Positions 47,463 to 57,028 of a stretch of 64,000 nt of DNA are shown piece by piece. The position numbers and the translations under genes are program-made. Origin of the DNA: Patescibacteria group bacterium (GTDB taxonomy: Bacteria > Patescibacteriota > Patescibacteriia > PEXW01). The stretch lies in assembly GCA_041665345.1 (NCBI GenBank), contig JBAYJA010000001.1:201206-265205 (forward strand), in the 5' to 3' direction. The notes beneath the pieces are model-generated. The model saw only the letters and a program-made list of their open reading frames with translations. It ran no database searches and was not told the DNA's origin. Position 1 is the stretch's first letter; each line of letters begins with the position of its first letter.

Positions 47463-47559
47463 TATTTGCTCCTTGAATTTGTAAATTATTTGTGTTAATT
47501 GACAGGAAAAAATAGCAAATTTTGTCATCTCTGTCAAGCCGTGCTACACTCCTAAGGCT

Positions 47560-47700
47560 TAACAACTAGCAGGTAATCTGGTGCGGAGCACCCCGAGCGA
47601 GATCTTGAGCAAAGCGAAAGATTGAGTCGAAGGGTACGACAATTCCAGAACGGTCCCGCCACGGTATTTCACCCTTTTGGGGTGATGAGTCCGACACCTG
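47560..47700 (+). promoter_or_regulatory. Cobalamin riboswitch (with ~55 nt insertion)
   Basis: AATCTGGTG..AATTCCAGAACGGTCCCGCCACGGT...GAGTCCGACACCTG matches B12-element consensus; upstream of B12 transport-like genes. Confidence 0.75.
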
Positions 47701-47854
47701 GTCTGAAGACAACAGACAACCATCAACAAACTACTACCGACCAGAATTGACCTCAAAAAGCTATCTGGTTGAAAGTTACTCGTTGTATGTTGTTCGTTGC
47801 CGTCAGGCCGAAGACAAATCCTTCGGGGAAAAGGTCGAACATGGATGGGTGTAT

Positions 47855-47887
47855 CCTACGACTGCCTGAGGTCGTAGGTATTTTTTC
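47855..47887 (+). terminator. Riboswitch-associated intrinsic terminator
   Basis: CCTACGAC-loop-GTCGTAGG followed by T-tract just before DUF4430 start. Confidence 0.7.
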
Positions 47888-47908
47888 GTCACTAAAGCAC
47901 ATGCACGT

Positions 47909-48313
47909 ATGAAACATCTTCAACGTTTCCGCATCTTGGGTCTTGGGCTTTTCGCCGTCATTCTTTTGGCAGCCTGTACAGCCGTTAACACCAATTCCAC
48001 TTCAAATCCAAATACGAATGTCGCGAATCAGAATGTCAATGGTACAGTCAGTAACACCAATACGTCTGCAGCTAGCTACCTCTACCCGGGACAGGAGGGG
48101 AAGAATGCCCTGGAACTTTTGAAGGCAAAGTACCCAAACACCACCACCAAAACGTCTACGGCAGGGGAGTACGTCACTGGGATTGATGGGAAGGAAGCAG
48201 GCGCAACGGAGTACTGGCAGTTCTTGGTGAATGGCACAGAAGCACCCGTGGGCGCTGGGGCGTACAAAACCAAAGCCACCGATACTATTGAGTGGAAACT
48301 CGTTTCGTTCTAG
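47909..48313 (+). CDS. DUF4430 (transcobalamin C-terminal-like) lipoprotein
   Basis: Lipobox LAAC; NALELL...GEYVTGIDG...YWQFLVNG....VGA..Y....D.IEW. Confidence 0.85.
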   Translation: MKHLQRFRILGLGLFAVILLAACTAVNTNSTSNPNTNVANQNVNGTVSNTNTSAASYLYPGQEGKNALELLKAKYPNTTTKTSTAGEYVTGIDGKEAGATEYWQFLVNGTEAPVGAGAYKTKATDTIEWKLVSF

Positions 48314-48325
48314 GCTACATCTACT

Positions 48326-48886
48326 ATGACCTTTCGCCAACACCTGACCCCCAAGAATTTCATTATCCTAGGACTCATTGCCTTTGCGGCAGTGTCTCGG
48401 TTCTTGCCCCATCCCATGAACTTTGCGCCGGTAGCTGCCGTGGCCTTGTTCAGCGGGGTGTACCTGGAGAAGCGCGCGTCGCTGTTCGTACCTTTGGTGG
48501 CCATGATTGTGTCTGATATTTTCATTGGCTTCCACAACGTCATTGCGTTTACCTGGGGCTCCATGGTGTTGGTGGGGGTTATTGGTCTCCTTGTCCGGCG
48601 ACGGAAGAATGTGTGGACCGTAGCTGGCGGAGCTCTGCTGGGCTCAGTGCTCTTCTTCTTGATTACCAACGCCGCGGTGTGGTGGGTTGGTCATGGAGAT
48701 TTTTACCCCATGAACTTCTCCGGGTTGCTTCTGGCCTACGAGTACGGACTGCCTTTTTTCCGCAACACATTGCTGGGTGACCTCTTCTACGTGGGTGCGC
48801 TATTCGGTGTAGCTGAATTGGCTTTTGCTTGGTTGCGCGCAAGGCAGGAGCGGGGAGTACGGCAATCGGTTGCGGAAAATGTATAG
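48326..48886 (+). CDS. DUF6580 putative transporter (ECF S-component-like)
   Basis: RFLPHPMNFAPVAAVALFSG, SVLFFLITN, GLPFFRNTLLGDL. Confidence 0.85.
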   Translation: MTFRQHLTPKNFIILGLIAFAAVSRFLPHPMNFAPVAAVALFSGVYLEKRASLFVPLVAMIVSDIFIGFHNVIAFTWGSMVLVGVIGLLVRRRKNVWTVAGGALLGSVLFFLITNAAVWWVGHGDFYPMNFSGLLLAYEYGLPFFRNTLLGDLFYVGALFGVAELAFAWLRARQERGVRQSVAENV

Positions 48887-49085
48887 GGCGGTAAAGCTGT
48901 AGAGATCGTGGTGGGGTGACGTCTTCGACGCGAAGAAGCAGAACCATTCCCTTCGATACCCCCTATCAATACCGCAATCCACGCCCGAACCCTTCATCTC
49001 TGCAGCTATTCGTATATTCGTACCGATTCGTAATTCGTAACGCTAGGGATTGCCTTTATCACCCCTCAGGGGTACACTAGCAGCC

Positions 49086-50030
49086 ATGCGGAACTACCGT
49101 CGCTATGGAGCAGAATACGGCCGCCAGCCTGTCCGAGGTGGCCAAAAACCCGACCGAAATCGGCTTGTGGTCATTGGGCTGATTGCCGTGGTGGTCATCC
49201 TTTTTGGTCTGTACCTGCGCACGGGGAAGCGAAATACTCCAGCCAATGAGAATGCAAATACTAGTACGTTGGTGAACACCAATGCGTTTTCGCTTACCCC
49301 AACCGGACCCGCTTTGACCACAGTTGACTGCACGGCAGTGGTGAGCCGAGGGACGACCACAGAAAAAGTTATTGCTCTCACCTACGACGTGGGTACGAAA
49401 CCTGGGGACGTGGACAAGACCGTCCCGGTGGTCAAAGCGGCAAATGTCCCTGCAGCATTTTTTGTTCCAGGGAAATTAGCAGAGACAGAGCGAGCAAGCG
49501 TGGAGCTCATTCGGGATGCTGGTTTCCCCGTCTACAATCACAGCTACGATAACTTACGTTTCCCAACGCTGACGGCGCAGGAAATAACCGCGCAACTGGA
49601 GAGTACGGAGAGCTTCATATCTGGCATCACGAACACCACCACCAAGCCGTACATGCGTTTGCCGGCCGGTGCGTCTAACGCGGCAGTTATTGAAGCAGTC
49701 CGCGCTGCTGGGTACTGCCCGCTTACCTGGACGGTGGATGGTTTGGATATTCAGAGTGACGCCACGGCGACCAGCGTGGTGACCCGGGTCATGCGGTTTG
49801 TGGAACCAGGCGCAATTATTCTCCTGCATGCTGGCAGTGATTTAGCCGCAACCGTAACCCCACAGATTGTGAGCCAGGCGCAGGCAGAAGGTTTCCGCTT
49901 CGTTTCTCTGGATGAGCTCTTCCGTTTGGGGAAGCCGGCTGGAGCAGTGACGAATACGAATACCACACCAACGAGTAATGGAAATGCGTCAGCGAGTGAA
50001 CGTAGTGTGAACACCACGCAGCCAGCCTAG
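49086..50030 (+). CDS. Polysaccharide deacetylase (CE4/NodB) family, membrane-anchored
   Basis: IALTYD, NHSYD, MRLPAG, WTVD..D, GAIILLH. Confidence 0.88.
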   Translation: MRNYRRYGAEYGRQPVRGGQKPDRNRLVVIGLIAVVVILFGLYLRTGKRNTPANENANTSTLVNTNAFSLTPTGPALTTVDCTAVVSRGTTTEKVIALTYDVGTKPGDVDKTVPVVKAANVPAAFFVPGKLAETERASVELIRDAGFPVYNHSYDNLRFPTLTAQEITAQLESTESFISGITNTTTKPYMRLPAGASNAAVIEAVRAAGYCPLTWTVDGLDIQSDATATSVVTRVMRFVEPGAIILLHAGSDLAATVTPQIVSQAQAEGFRFVSLDELFRLGKPAGAVTNTNTTPTSNGNASASERSVNTTQPA

Positions 50031-50118
50031 GGATTTTTCGCAATTTTTTTCACCTGGAGCGGCTACTACAGCGTGTGGTATACTAGGCTTCGCCAACACG
50101 AATTGTCTTTTTACTCCT

Positions 50119-51357
50119 ATGGAAAATTTTCAATCATCACTCCATTCCACACCTGCACCAGAAAAACCCCGCGGTATAACCAAGCAGACCTTGGTGATTG
50201 CCGTTGTGCTCAGCTTGGTCCTGGGTACCGTGGGCGGGGGACTGGCCGGGAGTTTGGTTTCCAATGGGACGTTTGATCAGTGGCTCAATCGCACGTCCGT
50301 GGCAACGGATGCCACGGGTACGGCGACAACGGTGCAAGTAGAAGAAGAGTCAGCCACCATTGAGGTGGTGAATAAGGTACAGAACAGCGTGGTGAGCATT
50401 GTGGGGACGCAAGATTTGAGCAAAGTTACCACTGCGTACCCAGACGACTTTTTCAATAACTTCTTTGGCATGCCAACGCAGCCGCAGACTGGGTCGCGGG
50501 AAGTGAGCAGTGGGTCGGGGTTCATTGTCACCGCGGACGGGTTTGTGATGACCAACAAGCACGTCATTGACGGAACGAATACGGATTACACTGTGCTGAC
50601 AAATGATGGGAAAAAGTATGCAGCGAAAATCATCGCTTCGGATCCAACCAATGATTTAGCAATTCTGAAAATTGAGGCGAAGGACTTGCAGCCGGTGAGT
50701 TTTGGTGATTCGTCCAAACTGCAAATTGGCCAGACCGTCATAGCCATTGGCAATGCCCTGGGGCAGTTCCGCAACACCGTGACCAAAGGGGTTATCTCTG
50801 GTTTGTCCCGTCGCATCACGGCCGGGGATGGGCAGAGTGCAGAAACTCTGGAAGACGTCATTCAAACCGACGCAGCAATCAACCGTGGCAATTCTGGTGG
50901 ACCACTCCTGGACATTACTGGTCGGGTCATTGGCGTGAACACGGCCGTGAGCCAGGATGGCCAGCTCATTGGCTTTGCCATTACCGGGAACCAGGCCAAG
51001 CAGGTATTTGAGAGCGTGCAGAAGGACGGGAAAATTATCCGGCCGTACCTGGGTGTGCGGTACATTCCGGTCACCAAAGCCTTGCAAGAGCAGAATAAGC
51101 TCACCGTGGATTACGGCGTGCTGGTGCTGCGTGGCGAATCCAGTGCTGATCTCGCGGTAATTCCGGGTAGCCCAGCAGACAAAGCCGGGATTGTAGAAAA
51201 CGATATCATTTTGGAAATGGACGGGACGAAGCTCAATGCAGAGCACAGCCTGGCTGGCCAGATTCAGAAGAAGAAGCCAGGGGATGTGGTGTCGCTGAAA
51301 GTCCTGAGCAAGGGGAAGGAGAAAACTGTCCAAGCCACACTGGAGGAATCCAAGTAG
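50119..51357 (+). CDS. HtrA/DegP-like serine protease with PDZ
   Basis: GSGFI, TNKHV, DLAILK, QTDAAINRGNSGGPL, GSPADKAG. Confidence 0.95.
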   Translation: MENFQSSLHSTPAPEKPRGITKQTLVIAVVLSLVLGTVGGGLAGSLVSNGTFDQWLNRTSVATDATGTATTVQVEEESATIEVVNKVQNSVVSIVGTQDLSKVTTAYPDDFFNNFFGMPTQPQTGSREVSSGSGFIVTADGFVMTNKHVIDGTNTDYTVLTNDGKKYAAKIIASDPTNDLAILKIEAKDLQPVSFGDSSKLQIGQTVIAIGNALGQFRNTVTKGVISGLSRRITAGDGQSAETLEDVIQTDAAINRGNSGGPLLDITGRVIGVNTAVSQDGQLIGFAITGNQAKQVFESVQKDGKIIRPYLGVRYIPVTKALQEQNKLTVDYGVLVLRGESSADLAVIPGSPADKAGIVENDIILEMDGTKLNAEHSLAGQIQKKKPGDVVSLKVLSKGKEKTVQATLEESK

Positions 51358-51399
51358 CCACCGCTTGCCGGTCAGATGCAGCGCTGCTACACTCTGCCC

Positions 51400-52501
51400 A
51401 TGCCCGCACTCCGCGACCAAATCCAGGACCTCCAAGCGAAGCTGACTTCGACTTGGGGGTTACTTTGACCTCGACCAACGTCGCCAGCACTTGGGGGAAC
51501 TTGATGATGCAATTAGTCAGCCGGACTTTTGGCATGATCAAGCACGAGCCCGAAAGGTAAGCCAGCAAGCTGAAGCCCTTCGGAAAGAGCTGCAGCAGTG
51601 GGACACCCTCAAGCAGGGTGTCACCGAGCTTTTGGCATTTGCAGAGGAAGCAGGGACTGAACCCAGTTTGCAAGCGGACATGGAAAAGCAATTAGCGGAT
51701 TTACAGGCGCAGTACCAGGGTTTGGAATTCCAAGTGCTCCTGGCACAGCCGTATGATGAAAAAGATGCCATTGTTGCTTTGCATGCGGGAACGGGTGGGA
51801 CGGACGCGCAGGACTGGGCAGAAATGCTGCTGCGCATGCTCCTCCGGTTCTGCGAAAAAAAAGGCTGGCAGGCGCGTTTGGTCGACGAGTCCCGGGGCCA
51901 GGAAGCGGGCATCAAGAGCGCAACGTTCACCGTCAGCGGCCGGTTTGCGTACGGGTACTTGAAGGCTGAAGCAGGAGTACACCGGTTGGTGCGCATATCA
52001 CCGTTCGATGCAGAAAAAATGCGACACACATCTTTTGCGCTGGTTGAAGTTCTGCCATCGTTTGATGAAGTGGAAGAGACGCCCATTGATGAGAAGGATT
52101 TACGCGTTGATACCTTCCTCTCCTCTGGCCATGGCGGGCAGAGCGTGCAGACCACGTACTCCGCGGTCCGCATTGTCCACATTCCCACGGGCATTACCGT
52201 GTCCTGTCAGAATGAGCGTTCCCAGAAGCAGAACCGGGAAACCGCCATGAAAATTCTGCGTGCCAAGCTGCACCAAATTTCCCTTACTGCGCGGGAAGAG
52301 GAGAAGCAGGCGCTCCGCGGGGCGTACAGCGAGGCTGCCTGGGGTAACCAAATTCGGAGCTACGTGCTGCAGCCGTACCAGCTGGTGAAAGACCATCGGA
52401 CCAACGTGGAAACCACGGATCCAGAAAGTGTACTCAACGGAGACATCGACCCCTTCATTGAGGGGTATTTACGGCAGGAAGCAGGGAAGCGAATGGCGTA
52501 A
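51400..52501 (+). CDS. prfB: Peptide chain release factor 2, +1 programmed frameshift at CTT TGA C (51463-51469)
   Basis: 22-codon first ORF ending GGGGG-TTA-CTT-TGA-C; SPF and GGQ motifs in +1 frame. Confidence 0.96.
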
Positions 52502-52605
52502 TCGGCTTTTGACAGCTTGCTCCAGGAGGAGTAAGGTTGCTTCCTGTACACCAAAAATTGAAATTTTTTCATTGACAATACTTTTTGTGAAAGCGAGGAA
52601 GTTTT

Positions 52606-54459
52606 ATGTGTGGAATCGTAGGTTATGTTGGCAGCAAGCCAGCTGTACCTATACTGGTACGCGGCTTAGAAAGGGGCGAGTACCGGGGCTACGATTCAAG
52701 TGGGCTTACCATTTTGGAAGCAGGTAAGCTTTTGACAGTGAAACGGGCTGGGAAGCTGGTAAACCTGATTGCGGCGCTGGGCGAGATGCAGCAGGCAACT
52801 GCAACCTTTGGGATTGCACACACGCGTTGGGCAACGCACGGGGCACCCACCGACCAAAATGCGCACCCGCACGTTTCTTGTCGGCAGCATGTGGCGGTGG
52901 TGCATAATGGCATCATCACTAATTACCTGGCTCTGCGGGAAATGCTGGAGGGCCGGCAGCACGTTTTTCGGTCGGAGACAGACTCGGAGACTCTCGCGCA
53001 TCTGATTGCGGAGTACCTGAATACTGACCCGCTGGAGGCAGTTCGCACTGCGTTGACGGAAGTGGAAGGGACGTATGCCCTGGCAGTCATATTTCGGGAT
53101 CATCCGAATATCATCATTTTTGCTAAGAATGGGAAATGTCCTTTGCTCTTGGGCATTGGGGATGGCGCATTATTCGTGGCATCGGACGCTGCTTCCTTTC
53201 GTGAGCACACAGACCAGTACATTCCGCTGGAGGATGGGCAGATTGGTTGCATCTCCGCGGATGGGTACAGAATTACTGATCTGGCGAGCATTCCGCTTTC
53301 ACCAAAAGTGGAAACGTTGCAGTGGACCTTGGACGCAATTGAGAAAGGTGGAAAGCCGCACTTCATGCTCAAGGAGATTGAAGAGCAGCCGCAGAGTTTA
53401 AGCACGGCGATGGCCGGACGTTTGAAAGCGGGACGGCCCATCAAACTCGGTGGCCTGGAAAACGGTCCCAATGACATCCGGCAAATGCTGGAATCCGCTT
53501 CAAACATCATTCTCACTGCGGCCGGTACCTCCGGTAACGCAGCGCAGTATGGTGAAATTCTCCTCCAGGAAATCGCTGGTGTTCCGACGCAGTACAAAGT
53601 TGCGTCAGAATTAGCCGGCCAGGTGCGGCCCTGCTTCGTGCCCGGTGCTGTTGCCTTTGCCATCAGTCAGTCCGGTGAAACTGCAGATCTCCTGCACGCA
53701 ATGGAAACGCTCAAGCGCTTGGCAATTCCCACCCTGGGAATTGTGAACTTGGTGGATAGCACCATTGCACGCGAAGTGTTGGCAGGTATTTACCTCCACG
53801 TGGGGCCGGAAATTGGCGTTGCTTCCACGAAGGCCTACACCGGGCAGTGTGTTATTTTTAATCTGCTGGCATTCTACCTACGGCACATCCGGGGCTTACC
53901 GGCAGAACCGTGGATGACACGGTACTTGCAGGAACTTGCTCAGGTACCAGAAGTTATTGCTGAAATAATTGCTACCCAAGCAGTCAACGTGAAAATGTTG
54001 GCGGAAAAGTACGTTGGGCATCCCAGCTTTTACTTTTTAGGTCGCGGTGTGAACCACCCAACAGCACTGGAAGGCGCATTGAAACTCAAGGAGGTCTCCT
54101 ACATTCATGCCGAGGCGTACCCCTCCGGCGCGATGAAGCACGGCCCAATAGCGCTGATCACGAAAGACTTTCCGACAGTGATAATCGCATTGCATCAGGA
54201 TGATGGTTATCAAAAAAATATTTCCAATATTATGGAGATAAAAGCGCGCGGTGGGCCGGTCATTGCCGTGGCCACCGTCGGTGATACCAAAATTCAGAAA
54301 CTGACAGATGATGTCATTTACGTGCCAAAGGTTCCGTACTACCTCACGCCTTTGGTTGCAGTTGTGCCCCTGCAGCTCTTCGCCTACTACGCAGCAGTTC
54401 TGCTAGGGCACGATCCTGATAAGCCCCGGAACCTAGCGAAAGCGGTAGTCGTGGAGTAA
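52606..54459 (+). CDS. glmS: Glutamine--fructose-6-phosphate aminotransferase
   Basis: MCGIVG, HTRWATHG, SQSGETAD, VASTKAY, PRNLAK.V.VE. Confidence 0.97.
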   Translation: MCGIVGYVGSKPAVPILVRGLERGEYRGYDSSGLTILEAGKLLTVKRAGKLVNLIAALGEMQQATATFGIAHTRWATHGAPTDQNAHPHVSCRQHVAVVHNGIITNYLALREMLEGRQHVFRSETDSETLAHLIAEYLNTDPLEAVRTALTEVEGTYALAVIFRDHPNIIIFAKNGKCPLLLGIGDGALFVASDAASFREHTDQYIPLEDGQIGCISADGYRITDLASIPLSPKVETLQWTLDAIEKGGKPHFMLKEIEEQPQSLSTAMAGRLKAGRPIKLGGLENGPNDIRQMLESASNIILTAAGTSGNAAQYGEILLQEIAGVPTQYKVASELAGQVRPCFVPGAVAFAISQSGETADLLHAMETLKRLAIPTLGIVNLVDSTIAREVLAGIYLHVGPEIGVASTKAYTGQCVIFNLLAFYLRHIRGLPAEPWMTRYLQELAQVPEVIAEIIATQAVNVKMLAEKYVGHPSFYFLGRGVNHPTALEGALKLKEVSYIHAEAYPSGAMKHGPIALITKDFPTVIIALHQDDGYQKNISNIMEIKARGGPVIAVATVGDTKIQKLTDDVIYVPKVPYYLTPLVAVVPLQLFAYYAAVLLGHDPDKPRNLAKAVVVE

Positions 54460-54559
54460 GTTGTTGCTCTTTTTCTCAACACCCTTCTTCGGAAGGGTGT
54501 TTTGACATCCTCAACTATTTCGTTTACACTCCCCAGTGACAAGCGGGCGAGGTCTCTAC

Positions 54560-55960
54560 ATGACCCCATCTCGTTGGCTTTTCATTCTCGCGCTCAGTCT
54601 GTGCACTGGAATTACCTTGGTGGTTCCAGAGTTGCCCCTATGGATTCGGATTGCCATAGGCTGCAGCTTGGCCGGCGTGCTCCTTCGTTGGCATGGCTCA
54701 TGGCGTGTCTGGGGAGTCAGCTTGCTCTGCATTGCTGGTGCGGCTGTCCACACCACACATTTTCTCGTTCTCCCCTCAGCACCGCAGGGTGCCGTCGCTG
54801 CGCCCGGTGTTGTTCGCCGGGTGACGCACGTGGATGCAGATACCAGTCGCGTCGTCATTGACCTGGGTCAGGGCGTGCTGGTTTCTGCTTCCTTGGGTGC
54901 GGAGCCGCCACAGGTGGGGGACAAGGGTCAGCTCCGGTGTCGCTCCGTAAAAACGGACGCGCTTCGGCCCAGCATTGCCCGGCGGGAGCGGCTGGTCGGC
55001 ACCTGCGCCACCCCCAATTTCAGCGTCCACGCTCCAGGGGTGTGGTACAACCCGTACCGCATTCTCGCCCAGGCCCGGCAGGCATTCATGGCTGCGGTGC
55101 ATCGGGCACTGCCCTTTGCGGAAGCGAGCTTGGGCATTGGGATGGTCATTGGGGACACCAGCGGCGTTGACCGTCCAACCCTGGATGCCTTTCGCGCCAC
55201 AGGTCTCACGCACCTGGTTGCAGTCTCAGGCGCAAACTTAGCACTGGTCTTAGCAGTAGTCATAACCTTTTTACAATCGCGATTATCCCGCGGCCCCCGG
55301 CTTGTGGTATTCTCACTGCTCACGGTTGGCTTCGTGCTGCTTACGGGTGGCGACTCGTCAATTGTCCGCGCGGGCATTATGGCTGTGCTCGCGTTGGTCG
55401 TCCAAGCCCGTGGCCGTCGGCCAGCCACGCTCAATGTCCTGGTGGTTGCAGGTATGGTCATGTTGTGCGCAAACCCAACCTTCCTCTGGGATGACCGCGG
55501 GTTTGCACTCTCATTTGGCGCAACGTACGGACTCATTGCCTGGGGTCAGCCCATGCAGCGGGGGATGGAGCGTTGGCGCTTTCCGGGTTGGCTGGCCGAA
55601 GCCTTGGCCGCCACCTTCGCCGCGAGTCTTGCGACACTCCCTATCTCTCTCAGTTCCTTCCAACGCCTGCCGGTCATTAGCCCGCTGGCGAATATTGCAG
55701 TTGTCCCATTCATCCCCTGGATCATGACGCTGGTGTCCACGGCCGGAATTCTCGCCCTGGTTTTCCCGCCCCTGGCCATGGTGCCGGGGACGGTGGCGTG
55801 GCTACTCATTCGGGTGGTGGCTTGGGTCGCGCAGGTTGGCAGCTCCGTCACCTGGGCGAGCATGGCCATGACGCCAATTACCGCCTCACTCCTGGGGCTC
55901 TGCATCTTCCTCCTCACCTCCTTCTTCTTTCGCAAACATGTCCGCCAACTCTTTCAGTAG
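54560..55960 (+). CDS. comEC: ComEC/Rec2 competence membrane domain
   Basis: GLTHLVAVSGAN, SIVRAGIM, GFALSF.AT, PLANI.VVP. Confidence 0.9.
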   Translation: MTPSRWLFILALSLCTGITLVVPELPLWIRIAIGCSLAGVLLRWHGSWRVWGVSLLCIAGAAVHTTHFLVLPSAPQGAVAAPGVVRRVTHVDADTSRVVIDLGQGVLVSASLGAEPPQVGDKGQLRCRSVKTDALRPSIARRERLVGTCATPNFSVHAPGVWYNPYRILAQARQAFMAAVHRALPFAEASLGIGMVIGDTSGVDRPTLDAFRATGLTHLVAVSGANLALVLAVVITFLQSRLSRGPRLVVFSLLTVGFVLLTGGDSSIVRAGIMAVLALVVQARGRRPATLNVLVVAGMVMLCANPTFLWDDRGFALSFGATYGLIAWGQPMQRGMERWRFPGWLAEALAATFAASLATLPISLSSFQRLPVISPLANIAVVPFIPWIMTLVSTAGILALVFPPLAMVPGTVAWLLIRVVAWVAQVGSSVTWASMAMTPITASLLGLCIFLLTSFFFRKHVRQLFQ

Positions 55961-56825
55961 ACTCAAGGCACCGTTCCTGTTCTTGGCGGTCTGCCTAGTC
56001 GCGGTTGGCATTTGGACCTTCCAAGCCAAAGAGCCTAACACCCTCCGGGTCTGGTTTGCTGACGTGGGCCAAGGTGACGGGATTATCCTGCGTACCCCTG
56101 ACCAGTCCACGATCATCGTGGACGGCGGACCCAGTCGCAGTTTTTTAAAAGATGTGGACCGGCACGTGCCGATGAATGACAAAGATATTGATTTGTTGGT
56201 GAGTACAAATCCTGATGCCGATCATCTTGTGGGCTTGGTCCCGCTCTTGGAGAGCGGCCGTGTTCGCAATGTGCTCCTGAATCGCATTGAGAAGAATACC
56301 ACGGTGTACAAAAAATTTTTGGAAGTTATTGATGCCCAGCACATTCACAGTATTGAAGCCGCGGTTGGACAGGTGTACACCTTTGGCGACGTATCACTCA
56401 CCGTGCTCTGGCCAGACCCCGGGTTACTTCCGGGATTGATTGGCAAACGAGTTGATTACAACACCGGGTCGATTATTCTGCACGTCCAGCATGGAGACAA
56501 TGATTTTTTGTTGACCGGCGATGCCACAATCCGGGCAGAAGACGCACTCCTTGCCAGCCACGGTGTTCCAGACGTTGAAATTTTGAAAGTTGGGCACCAC
56601 GGCAGTCGCACCTCTACTGGGAAAAAGTTACTCGACGTTATCAAACCCGAGTACGGGATTATTTCCGTTGGCCAGAAGAACCGCTACGGCCACCCCACAG
56701 CGGAAGCCTTGGCCCGGCTGACTGCTGCCGGCGCCAAGATTTTTCGTACGGATCAGCAAGGAACCATTCTGGTGGAAAGTAGCCAGAACCAACTCCGTGT
56801 CATCCCAGAACGTGCCGTACCTTGA
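55938..56825 (+). CDS. ComEC-type metallo-beta-lactamase fold protein
   Basis: DVGQGD, TNPDADHLVG, LLTGD, KVGHHGS, NRYGHP, RTDQQG. Confidence 0.92.
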   Translation: MSANSFSRLKAPFLFLAVCLVAVGIWTFQAKEPNTLRVWFADVGQGDGIILRTPDQSTIIVDGGPSRSFLKDVDRHVPMNDKDIDLLVSTNPDADHLVGLVPLLESGRVRNVLLNRIEKNTTVYKKFLEVIDAQHIHSIEAAVGQVYTFGDVSLTVLWPDPGLLPGLIGKRVDYNTGSIILHVQHGDNDFLLTGDATIRAEDALLASHGVPDVEILKVGHHGSRTSTGKKLLDVIKPEYGIISVGQKNRYGHPTAEALARLTAAGAKIFRTDQQGTILVESSQNQLRVIPERAVP

Positions 56826-57028
56826 CGCGCTAGCGGTGGAAGCAGTAAGGTGCAGCAAATAGACAATTTTCCTCCCCTGTAGGTGTTTTCACACCTGATG
56901 CGCTTTCTGCCTAGAGGTGAGCTCCCCGCTCACCTCGTTTTTTACCCTTGACAAAAGGATGGAAATGGGGGTAAGGTTGGGCGTTGAAAAAGCAAAGAAA
57001 ACAAACGTTTAACAAGGAAGGAGAGAGT

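Noticed and set aside
36700-47540. Prophage
   Set aside because: No integrase, terminase, capsid, tail or replication genes; host-type genes pgpA and cobO are interspersed
52502-52605. glmS ribozyme
   Set aside because: Intergenic region is ~100 nt, AT-rich and promoter-like, lacking the ribozyme core
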